DNA of 64,000 nt, from NCBI GenBank assembly GCA_965116875.1, contig OZ220733.1, forward strand, positions 3,168,001-3,232,000, read 5' to 3'. Position 1 is the first letter of the stretch, and each line of letters starts with the position of its first letter. Below the pieces are notes generated by a model. The model was not told the DNA's origin. It saw only the letters and a list, made by a program, of their open reading frames with translations, and searched no databases. A program made the position numbers and the translations under genes. Positions 10,401 to 17,550 of the stretch are shown piece by piece. Source of the stretch: Candidatus Latescibacterota bacterium. GTDB lineage: Bacteria > Latescibacterota > UBA2968 > GCA-2709665.

Positions 10401-10421
10401 AACAGCTCGGAGAGCGATTAG
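4476..10421 (+). CDS. Giant secreted protein: cohesin-like, dockerin/EF-hand, cadherin, FN3, Ig-like, Pro-rich linker, SwmB-like, LRR, cadherin, FN3, C-terminal leishmanolysin(M8)-like domain
   Basis: 1981-aa ORF; RBS GGAGG; signal-like N-terminus; PDFDGNGMVGFSDF..YDLNHDEEIAFEDF; DADGD/NRAPVF cadherin motifs; 24-aa LRRs LPANLFSDL/VSANAFSGL; KVPVENE..ELM..LSAITIQAMADLGY. Confidence 0.85.
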   Translation: MNRRVFQRSIRWLTPAAFFLSLAVFVTPWSPSSQSTGFSLSLDLNEATGDQAVSSLDLLPGQPFSVQMFATDIQSAQGVSARLRFDASQVVYEELDPGDALPNVQAVARQDSTSLRVSVSSLGGSATVSEGWVATLRFRTTAAFTDTEVWLVDAERTRGGQTETVSLAVGVALQVVAPPSPDFDGNGMVGFSDFVAFARFFGARRGDAKYAAPYDLNHDEEIAFEDFVIFARSFGESVNRAPVFAEPAPLTRSVMENTSGGEPIGDPVTATDADGDSITYGLRGVHADSFAIGADTGQLFAREGVAYDHEGNDTYSVTVRAADGRGGRATVAVDITVADVDEPPSAAPDSVRVASRDTALAVTWLAAIDEPGRPPVSGYEVGHKVEEAEIWPGGLLVEGRAGTSVTLAGLTNDQAYQVRVRTLNDEGRGPWSAPVAGVPAVGPRPRGELRDQTALIGRDLEINLASLFTRPARGTWTFGATSSNEGVATVAVSDTMAVVRGVVPGRTTITATASNRYGNSSWTTFDVVVTTPPAPPPPPPPTTPPPPPPTTPPPPPPTTPPPPPPPPQDTPTVSSITFTSTPASGQNGTYKLGDLISVTASFSEAVTVTGTPQVDLRIGSTLRRANYASGSSTSALLFQYTVQATDEDTDGATINANGLKLNNGSIRKNNTTTSAQLGHGAEVNQSAHKVDGMVPALTGAAVTGDKLTLSYGEALDDDPIPANGDFAVTVEGTARNVAAVGVNGSAVTLTLASAAILGETVRLTYTPGTHPIRDLAQNPAGAYANGTVVNLTGGVCDRTPQVSDAIVEAAGASDCNAVTAAHLWAITELPLNERDISALKTGDFSGLTALAKLNLAGNRLSTLPANLFSDLPAINLVSLRENNISTLPASLFSNPSPLKDLDLTHNVLSGINKSTFSGLTALERIGLANNRLQESSLPSGIFASLPSLKFINLGTNHFPDITADFFSDLTGLEILYLTDVGLTTLTGDLFSNLSSLNILSLSHNDISSVSANAFSGLTSLEYLWMDFADLESSVLPSGVFSSLTSLRTLSLRVNRLESLPAGVFLGLTSLTDLHVSENPIDPLPITISLERIDDGQFNASAHTGAPFNVTLPLQLVNGSVSGGAASIVIPRGRLESDAVTVTRTVGSIGAVTVDIESLPVPPPPPDHRGYALVRPNDEPLEVLAPVPKVIIYPTAVTVAAGYSNVYRVALNAQPTADVTVSVNAPSNSEFSVYPTERTFTPVTFDMLQIVTVAADTDAVAADAVAISHAVSGGNYHDLDVDDVVVTVAAAPSTSQSPVFTSGGTFDIKENETEVGTVVAMDPDAIDYVTGYEISGGDHQAQFAVSDEGALSFIHAPDFERPVATGNVYAVEVTATSGMDARQRDATQTIQVNVEDVEERPGTPPAPVLSVRQQSREIAVGPSSSPTENTGPDVTSWDIRYRVKDNRHLHSHTTVAEPNWEFVIQHAVASWVYEAQVRAESDEGVSDWSPFAEATIPNEQPVANGSINDLTLPAGGAAEVVTVDGVFADPDGFRLTASSSNETVAAAGMYGNAVMVDPLSAGSATITLTATDPWGLSGSYSFDATIQTPSLQAPTLSIADSVATLGFTDAFLALETRAYDVRIRHKTPTGPWAVGCISITNPEENSAAITTSRDITASGFFEPGTLYEADYIYLGSGCESSAAGLSSAAAEATTSGTPSFDIETVFPEGPPSSDHLAVIEAAVARWERIVTHDVPNYRLSATQISQLKATYPGVTVPEVVDDVIIFIRIGSYSYVSALHRLELRPSVSSLPWQSEISIGSPYIFVSVLSQRIGHSMGFHESVWKHHYLLQHESSSGRPLPQPDTHFSGAAAIDAFDAAGGTSYPDAKVPVENERDWAWNHSWRVDVFPASRELMGPYAGASLSAITIQAMADLGYRVDVTQADPYTLPLSGLSKVTEDLLEEALPEGPEGQIYLDFVAEQREHAVVESTPFVLTVINSSESD
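6081..6176 (+). repeat. 24-nt tandem repeat encoding (PPPPPPTT)n linker
   Basis: CCGCCGCCGCCTCCTCCAACGACG-like unit, three copies plus a poly-Pro tail. Confidence 0.85.
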
Positions 10422-10681
10422 ATGTCTTGTTCCGACGCAGTGGATCACGTGAGACCCATAGCGCAACATCCTATACGTCGTTTCAATCGGAATCGCGCTC
10501 GGTGAGCCAGCGGTTTGAAGGTACGGACGTTCCAGTCTGCCGGGGCCGCAACGTCCTACCCCACCTGGAGTCGCGGAGGGACCGGGAGAGAGGCCTCGAT
10601 CGGGCGACGCATTTTGGGACACACCTGCTGTGCCGCGAACTGCCAATTCGCGGTACCTCTTTGCCCGGCCCTGCTGCCATC

Positions 10682-10755
10682 GTAGGGGCGTCCCTTGTGG
10701 GCGCCCGCACCGTTAAGAACCGGTCTGAAAGTGGGGCAGACATTCCTGTCTGCCC
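10682..10755 (+). repeat. REP doublet (BIME-like), copy 2
   Basis: GTAGGGGCGTCCCTTGTGGGCGCCC and GTGGGGCAGACATTCCTGTCTGCCC with starts 49 bp apart; conserved ACCGGTCTGAA spacer. Confidence 0.75.
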
Positions 10756-10823
10756 AGGTGCGCAGGACCAGTCTGCCACGTCCAAACCAAAACCTGCATA
10801 GGGCCACATCTCACCCAGATAAC

Positions 10824-13800
10824 ATGCTATCAACAAGCGTCCGGACCATTCCTGCAGTTTTGTTTCTGTCTTCAGCTCTAATCACTGTCGCAGCTGAAGC
10901 GCAAGGCTTCTTCCCTTCGTTTCGAACGCTGCAGGAGCCGTGTGAAAGCGGCGGCTATGACCCGACGCCGACGGAGATCACGGTCACGGCGGTTCCCATC
11001 GTGGTCACGTCTACGACCGACGACTACTTCGTCCTCTACGTGACGTTCGACCTGGACGGCACGGAGCTTCAGGTGCCGGTGGCGGTGACCCGGGGAGAGG
11101 CGGGCACGACCACGCTGTCGGAGAACCTGGCGGCCTTGCCCGCGGATCGCTATCGGGTGGAGAAGTACCTGATCGCCGACCCGGCCGACGTCGACGGCGA
11201 CTGCACCGACGACGTCACCGAACTCGACAACATGGGGAGCATGAACCCGGTCAATCCTGCCACGATTCCGGATCCGAACGACGGCGTTGTGGCAGTCCCC
11301 GACCTCGCAGCGTTCCAGACCCAGGGAACCGGGGTCTACAGGGGAACGGTAGTGAAGTTCGTTCTGCTGAACCTGGATACCGCGCATCCGGCGGTTTACA
11401 TCATGAACACGAAGCTGCACCGGAGCCACCAGCCCTTTTTTGACGCGGTGGGCCTGGCGAGAGAGGGAGCGATTACCGGCACCATCACCTACGATCCGGG
11501 ACTCACGGTTCCAGGCGGCGAGGTTGATCGTTTCTACTACAAATACTTCCCGCGGCTGGCCGGGGAGTCCGTCCCTCGCGCAGAGCTGGTGCACACCGTA
11601 CTCGCTGCCAGCCTGGGGTTCCTCGACGACAACCTCACCCTGCACGTCGAAAGCGTTCTGCTTCCCCTTATCCAGGAACGGTTGCCCCAGCTTCGGGCGT
11701 CCCGGATCCCCCTGGTGTACGATTCCGACCTCTTCGGCGACGTGGAGTTCCTGGCGCTCAACACCGGGACGGGCTACGGGCGGCTAAGGATCCTGGGTGC
11801 AGACGAACGCCCCCATCCTCGCGACATCATCGCCCTGGCAACGCTGCCCAACGAGCTGCCCCGCGTGGCCGGCATCCTCACCGCCGCGCCCCAGACGCCG
11901 CTTTCGCACGTGAACCTGCGCGCAGTGCAGGACGGCATCCCCAACGCCTACGCGAAGGACGCCCTCGACCACGCCGACGTGATTTCCCTCGAGGGGAGCT
12001 ACGTCCGGTACGAAGTGACGGAGCGCCGGTGGGAATTGCGGGCGGCGACCCTCCAGGAAGTGGAGGACCACTACGAGTCGTCCCGCCCCGCCGGGACCCA
12101 GACGCCGGAACGCGATCTCTCGATCACAGAGATTACACCGCTCAGCCAGATTGGCTTCGACGACTGGAAGGCGTTCGGCGTCAAGGCTGCCAATCTGGCG
12201 GTGCTACGTACGCTCGGATTCCCGGAGGGCACCGTGCGCGACGGATTCGCCATCCCCTTCTATTTCTACGGCGAGTTCATGAAGCAGCCCCTGGGAGAGG
12301 AGACCGTCTTCGGCAGGGGGAGCGCACCCGATGAGGAAAAGCTCACCCTGGCGGCCGACACGATGCTCGTCGAGGCCGTCGAGGCGATCCTGGCCCATCC
12401 GAGGTTCCAGACCGACCTGGATATCCAGGTCGAGATGCTCGACGACCTGCGAGACGCCATCAAGGACGCGCAGGCGCCCCAATGGATCATCGACGCTCTC
12501 ACCACGATGCATACGACGTTCCCCGCTGGGACGTCGCTGCGCTACCGCTCCAGCACGAACAACGAGGACCTGCCGGGTTTCAACGGCGCGGGACTGTACG
12601 ACTCGAAGACGCAGCATCCGGACGAGACCATAGAAGACGGCATTGACAAGTCGTTCAAGCAGGTACTCGCCGGCCTGTGGACCTTCCGGGCGTTCTCGGA
12701 GCGGGAGTTTCACCGCGTCGACCACCTCGCAGCCGCGATGGGCGTGCTGGTCCATCCCAATTTCTCCGATGAACTGGTGAACGGGGTGGCCGTCAGCTTC
12801 GACCCCGCCACTTCCATTGTGGGCCGACACTACGTCAACTCGCAGGTAGGCGAGGATCTGGTCACCAATCCCGAAGCGTACTCCGTTCCCGAAGAGATCG
12901 TTCTCCTGCCGGGCGATGGCCTTTCCGTTCGAGCATTCTCAAACCTGGTTGAACCGGGCGAGTTGCTGATGAGCCAGGACCAGATGCGCCAACTGCGCGA
13001 GAACCTCAAGGTGATCCACGACCACTTCGAGGGGTTGTACAACCCGGCGCCTGGTGAGCCATTCGCTATGGAGATCGAGTTCAAGATTACCAGCGAGAAC
13101 ATCCTCGCGATCAAGCAGGCTCGCCCCTGGGTCTTCGGCGAGAGCGCGAGCGAGCCGCCACCGCCTCCACCCCCTCCGCCACCGCCGCCCCCGCCCCCTC
13201 CACCTCCCCCGCCTCCGCCTCCACCACCACCGCCGCCACCACCTCCGCCAACACCGCCCCTCCCTCCGGTGTCTCCCACGGTGACGGGTGTGTTTACGAC
13301 GAGCGTCGCGTTGCAATGGAAGACGCCGACCGGCGACGGTCCTCTGATCAGGAACTACGACGTGCGCTACCGTGACGGCGGCGACGGGGAGTGGGCGGAC
13401 GGCCCTCAGGACGTGAGGGGTACCAGCACCACCATAGAGGGTCTGGACCCGGATACGGAATACGAAGTGCAGGTGCGGTCGAGCGGCAACTCGGATCACA
13501 GCGCGTGGATGTCCCTGGAGCCGGTGCGTACGCTTGCGCCGCCGCCCCCGCCGGTGGAACCCGCGGTGACACAGACGTCGCCGGGCAGCGTGACCATCGG
13601 CTGGACGGCCCCGGCCACCGGTGACGGGCTGATCGTTACGGGCTATGACGTGCGGTACCGTGAAGGCGGCGAGGGTGAATGGAAGGATGGGCCTCAGGAC
13701 GTGACGGTCACGAGCGCGATCATCGAGGGACTGGACCCCGACACGGAATTCGAGGTTCAGGTGCGGTCGAACAGCGCTGGCGGCGACGGCGACTGGCTGA

Positions 13801-14756
13801 CCCTTGGGCTGGTGCGTACGGACGTCCTGGTGCTGTATGACCTGTTCTCCTTCTGTCTGGACCTGGATGCGTCGGAGAAAGACCAGCACCTCTGGACGAT
13901 GGGTGTGGCACCCGGTCGGGTCGTGTCCATACAGGTTTTCGGGGCGGATATCCGGGGAACGCGCAGCGTCGATCTGCGGGTGGGCTATGACACGACACAG
14001 GTTGTGTTCGAGGGCTTCGACGCGGGCGATGCGCTGCCGGGTGCGACGGCGCTGGTGGCAAGGGATTCGACGATCGTGGAGATCGGTGTTTCGTCTCTGG
14101 GCGGCGCTGCTCTGGTGGACAGCGGGCACGTGGGCACGGTGCGGTTCAGGACGATGGAGGGGCTTACGGAGACGGAGGTCCGGTTGGCGGGAGCGGACCT
14201 GGTACGTGGGGAGCATCCGGAGGCGATGACGCGCAGTGTGAGCGTATTGCTTCATGCTCCCGCGCCGCCATCGCCTGATTTCGATGGGAGCGGTTTGGTG
14301 GGCTTCGCCGACTTTGTGCTGTTTTCCGGTGCGTTCGGATACCGCGAGGGTGACGACGGGTACCAGTCGGGATACGACCTGACCGGGGACGGCCAGATCA
14401 CGTTTGCCGATTTCGTGGCGTTCGCCGGGCGCTTTGGAGAAAGCATGAACCGCAATCCTGTGTTTGCGCCCGATCTGCCCACAACGCTTGTCGTGGCCGC
14501 CGGAACGTCACCGGGAGAGCCGATCGGGGACCCCATCGCAGCGACTGACGAGGACGGGGATCCGCTTACGTACACCCTGTGGGGCGCCGACGCGGAGCAC
14601 TTCGACGTCGACCCCACATCCGGGCAGTTGTTGACGAAGGGCGCGTATGACGTCATCAAGAAACGCGGATATACCGTGATCGTGCGGGCACTCGACGGGA
14701 ACGGGGGCAGCGCAAACACCGTCATACCTATCCTGATCGCAGACAATTCCGGGTAA
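10824..14756 (+). CDS. Secreted PPDK/PEP-synthase-superfamily dikinase (His domain then nucleotide-binding domain) fused to poly-Pro, 2x FN3, cohesin-like, dockerin/EF-hand and cadherin
   Basis: Signal-like MLSTSVRTIPAVLFLSSALITVAAEA; AGILTAAPQTPLSHVNLRA; FGVKAANLA; RSSTNNEDLPGFNGAGLYDS; EIEFK..IKQARP; ATG 10824 preferred because the upstream in-frame part runs through REP DNA. Confidence 0.8.
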   Translation: MLSTSVRTIPAVLFLSSALITVAAEAQGFFPSFRTLQEPCESGGYDPTPTEITVTAVPIVVTSTTDDYFVLYVTFDLDGTELQVPVAVTRGEAGTTTLSENLAALPADRYRVEKYLIADPADVDGDCTDDVTELDNMGSMNPVNPATIPDPNDGVVAVPDLAAFQTQGTGVYRGTVVKFVLLNLDTAHPAVYIMNTKLHRSHQPFFDAVGLAREGAITGTITYDPGLTVPGGEVDRFYYKYFPRLAGESVPRAELVHTVLAASLGFLDDNLTLHVESVLLPLIQERLPQLRASRIPLVYDSDLFGDVEFLALNTGTGYGRLRILGADERPHPRDIIALATLPNELPRVAGILTAAPQTPLSHVNLRAVQDGIPNAYAKDALDHADVISLEGSYVRYEVTERRWELRAATLQEVEDHYESSRPAGTQTPERDLSITEITPLSQIGFDDWKAFGVKAANLAVLRTLGFPEGTVRDGFAIPFYFYGEFMKQPLGEETVFGRGSAPDEEKLTLAADTMLVEAVEAILAHPRFQTDLDIQVEMLDDLRDAIKDAQAPQWIIDALTTMHTTFPAGTSLRYRSSTNNEDLPGFNGAGLYDSKTQHPDETIEDGIDKSFKQVLAGLWTFRAFSEREFHRVDHLAAAMGVLVHPNFSDELVNGVAVSFDPATSIVGRHYVNSQVGEDLVTNPEAYSVPEEIVLLPGDGLSVRAFSNLVEPGELLMSQDQMRQLRENLKVIHDHFEGLYNPAPGEPFAMEIEFKITSENILAIKQARPWVFGESASEPPPPPPPPPPPPPPPPPPPPPPPPPPPPPPPPTPPLPPVSPTVTGVFTTSVALQWKTPTGDGPLIRNYDVRYRDGGDGEWADGPQDVRGTSTTIEGLDPDTEYEVQVRSSGNSDHSAWMSLEPVRTLAPPPPPVEPAVTQTSPGSVTIGWTAPATGDGLIVTGYDVRYREGGEGEWKDGPQDVTVTSAIIEGLDPDTEFEVQVRSNSAGGDGDWLTLGLVRTDVLVLYDLFSFCLDLDASEKDQHLWTMGVAPGRVVSIQVFGADIRGTRSVDLRVGYDTTQVVFEGFDAGDALPGATALVARDSTIVEIGVSSLGGAALVDSGHVGTVRFRTMEGLTETEVRLAGADLVRGEHPEAMTRSVSVLLHAPAPPSPDFDGSGLVGFADFVLFSGAFGYREGDDGYQSGYDLTGDGQITFADFVAFAGRFGESMNRNPVFAPDLPTTLVVAAGTSPGEPIGDPIAATDEDGDPLTYTLWGADAEHFDVDPTSGQLLTKGAYDVIKKRGYTVIVRALDGNGGSANTVIPILIADNSG
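13155..13250 (+). repeat. 32 consecutive proline codons
   Basis: Uninterrupted CCN run from 13155 to 13250 using all four Pro codons. Confidence 0.9.
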
Positions 14757-14844
14757 CACAGACGCATATGCGATCCTGCACTGCGTTCTTTCTCAGCGGG
14801 TCGCCCTCAACCCGTGAGTGTGATCCGGATTCCGGCACTTCCGG

Positions 14845-16593
14845 TCACAGATCGACCTTGATCTCCTCTTCGAAGGCAGTGATCGACTCCCACCGCTGAA
14901 CGACGCCGTCTCCGTCGTTTTCGAAAACAGCCAGTTCCTGGGTAACGCCCGCCTTTCCATCCAGGCTGAGACGTGCAGACCTGCCGTCGGGCGTGGACGC
15001 GGCCGCGATCCACGATTCGTCCCGGGAGCGGGTGTACTCCGCGGCTTCGTCGTGGCCCACGCCCCGGATATCGAATCGTTCCGTCCGCTGCGCCACCAGC
15101 GACAGCCACCGGTCGATCTCCTTGAGCGAAAGCACACCGAACTTCTGCTCGTGGGTCGTGATCTCCGAGAAGAACCCGCTGTCCAGCGCCAGGCGGACCG
15201 AGCCGGCCGCCCGTTCCGCGGCCTTGTCCATATCGTTGGTCGGATTGTCCCCGGCCCACGTCGTGCAGCCCGTGAGCACGTCGGGCTCCACGAGATGGCG
15301 GGGAAGCATGGCGCCGATGTTGTACATCTCCGGGTCTTCGGGGATATAGTCGTAGAACAGGCTGTTGAGACCGTAGGGCCACCAGTTGGGGAACAGCCGC
15401 TCCCACTTCACCTGCCCCAGATGGTAGGTTGAATAGACGAACGTCCGCCCCCGGTCCTTCAGAAAGGGCAGAACGCGCACGCCAACCTCGCCCCAGTGAA
15501 ACGCGGCGCGGCGGGGCGGCTTCAGGCCCCGTTCGTCGTACCATTGGTCCACCCGCTCGAAGATCTCCTTCAACTGAGCCTCGCTGTACTCCCCGATGCC
15601 GAAATCGAACGGTATCAGCTTGTAGTAGTCGAATGCGTGCGCGTCCCAGTCCACCTGTCCCGCCCTGTAACGCTCGCGCATGAACGGTACGACTTCGTCC
15701 GGAACGAGATCCAGGAAGCAGGAGACCATCGGGCGGTAACCGTGCCGGTTCATCACCTCCGTATAGCGGAAATCGTGGCGTCCCCTGCCGTCGTCCACCC
15801 GGATGGTCACGTAGGGCGGCATCATCTGCGCGACGAACGGCTTTCGCGCCGCCCAGACGATGGCGCGCCAGAAGAAGGCGTCCAGCCCCATCGCGTGGCC
15901 CAGGAACTCCTGGTGCCAGACGCGGGGCGAACAGGCAAACTGCACGGCGCGGCCGCTGCCGCAGACCCCGGCCAGCACGGCCGGAAACTGGTCCGGCTCG
16001 TAGGCCGTGCCCGGCACGTTGTGGCGGGAGAAAATGAGCTGGTCCTTGCCCATCGCCGCCTGCGCCAGTTCCACAACGTGCCGCCCCACTCCCCTGATCT
16101 GCGCAATGGTCACGGGTCGCTTCAGCCGGACCATACTACCCGCCTGCTGCGTCCAGTTGATGAAGTGGTCGCTGCTTCCGATGCGGAACAGGTCCGATGC
16201 CATTGGAATCCGGTCGACCTCCAGTCCCAACAGCCGAAGCAGCGGCGGCTTGTACAGCCGCAGTTCACCGTCGAAATTGACCAGGCCCATCCCGGCCTCT
16301 TCCACACCCGCGGCGAGCAGTTCCGTCTCTTCGTACGATAGGGATTCGCCCAGGCGCGCCTGTGCGACAACGACCGCGGCGCAGCCGTCGAGCAGTTCGG
16401 CGGTCAGCGGTCCGGCCGCAAGATCGTGGATCCTGAAAGGAAACCCGAAATGCTGCAAGGCCACCAGTACGGTCTGATCCACGATGCTCGTATCCGTATA
16501 GCTGCCCCGGCTGTCCGCCAGTACCAACAGGGCCCGGTTGCCGGTGCTCTCGCGCCGGGGGCGCTGCACCATTTGTCGCGGTGAGAATCGCAT
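14845..16593 (-). CDS. Hypothetical protein, possible carbohydrate deacetylase (NodB-like barrel) C-terminal region
   Basis: Long ORF with high GC3; VTIRVDD and DAHAFD resemble NodB-type metal motifs; start at MRFSPRQ after AGGGAA. Confidence 0.55.
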   Translation of the reverse strand: MRFSPRQMVQRPRRESTGNRALLVLADSRGSYTDTSIVDQTVLVALQHFGFPFRIHDLAAGPLTAELLDGCAAVVVAQARLGESLSYEETELLAAGVEEAGMGLVNFDGELRLYKPPLLRLLGLEVDRIPMASDLFRIGSSDHFINWTQQAGSMVRLKRPVTIAQIRGVGRHVVELAQAAMGKDQLIFSRHNVPGTAYEPDQFPAVLAGVCGSGRAVQFACSPRVWHQEFLGHAMGLDAFFWRAIVWAARKPFVAQMMPPYVTIRVDDGRGRHDFRYTEVMNRHGYRPMVSCFLDLVPDEVVPFMRERYRAGQVDWDAHAFDYYKLIPFDFGIGEYSEAQLKEIFERVDQWYDERGLKPPRRAAFHWGEVGVRVLPFLKDRGRTFVYSTYHLGQVKWERLFPNWWPYGLNSLFYDYIPEDPEMYNIGAMLPRHLVEPDVLTGCTTWAGDNPTNDMDKAAERAAGSVRLALDSGFFSEITTHEQKFGVLSLKEIDRWLSLVAQRTERFDIRGVGHDEAAEYTRSRDESWIAAASTPDGRSARLSLDGKAGVTQELAVFENDGDGVVQRWESITAFEEEIKVDL

Positions 16594-16711
16594 CAGTGGT
16601 GTTTCCCTGGTTAACAGTTTCGGCGAAGGCGTGGATTCAGCGATTCGACACTGGATGACGAAATCGGCGAACACTTGACGGACACATATCGCCAGCGGTT
16701 ATCGCAAAGCA

Positions 16712-16838
16712 TGTCATTCAGAGCGGAGCGAAGAATCTCCCGTCGCTATTGTACGTGTCGCATATGGTCTTCGTAGACGAACCGGTGCGCGGAGACAACA
16801 TTGGCATTGACGCGGGCAGACAGGAATGTTCGCCCCAC
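16712..16838. repeat. Two REP-like palindromes from the same families as 4355 and 4418
   Basis: TGTCATTCAGAGCGGAGCGAAGAATCT (16712) and reverse-strand GTGGGGCGAACATTCCTGTCTGCCC (16814-16838). Confidence 0.65.
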
Positions 16839-16912
16839 CCTCAAACCGGCTTATTCCGCGTCCGGCACAGTTCATCCCCTCAATCAAAAAATACGCTCGC
16901 GACTTGCCTGCG

Positions 16913-17548
16913 TCAATCTGATTTCAAACTCAGAACCCGGTTGATATCCGTTTCCGAGACACGCCCGGGACGGAGGATTCGTGGTTGCGGGACGGAGACG
17001 TCGACGAGGGTGGAGGGGCGTGAATCGGGCGCCGTGCCGCCGTCCAGGATCAGATCGACGTCGCCGCCAAGGGTGTCGAGGGCTTCCCGGGCGCTTCGGG
17101 CGGGGGGCCGGCCCGAGCGGTTGGCGCTGGTGCTGGTCAGGGGGCCGCCGGCATGCCGCAGTAATGAGCTGGCGACGGGCGCATCGGACATGCGGAGGGC
17201 GATTGTGGACCTGGACCCAAGCAGGTGATCCGGCAGCCTGGGCGACGCGGGAAACACGAGGGTGAGCGGCCCCGGCCAGAATGCGTCCATAAGGTCTTCA
17301 GCGGCACGCGGAATGTCCGCGACGAGCGCGTCCAGGTCCCGTCTGCCGCGAATGAGCAGGATCAGGCCCTTTTCCGCTTCCCGACCCTTAAGGCTGAAGA
17401 TGCGCTCGAAAGCAACGGGATTGAATGGATCGGCGCCCAGGCCGTACACGGTTTCGGTTGGATAGACGACGACGCCGCCTGAACGGATGCGATCGGCAGT
17501 CCGGACGATTCCCGGATCGTCGGCCGTCAGGACGGGCGCCCGTTGCAT
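16913..17548 (-). CDS. tsaC: L-threonylcarbamoyladenylate synthase (Sua5/YrdC/TsaC)
   Basis: YPTETVYGLG, LKGR, FWPGPLTLV, TSTSANRSG, PSTLVD. Confidence 0.93.
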   Translation of the reverse strand: MQRAPVLTADDPGIVRTADRIRSGGVVVYPTETVYGLGADPFNPVAFERIFSLKGREAEKGLILLIRGRRDLDALVADIPRAAEDLMDAFWPGPLTLVFPASPRLPDHLLGSRSTIALRMSDAPVASSLLRHAGGPLTSTSANRSGRPPARSAREALDTLGGDVDLILDGGTAPDSRPSTLVDVSVPQPRILRPGRVSETDINRVLSLKSD

Positions 17549-17550
17549 CG

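Noticed and set aside
13270-13820. Duplicated FN3 segments as a mobile repeat
   Set aside because: Ordinary in-frame tandem domain duplication
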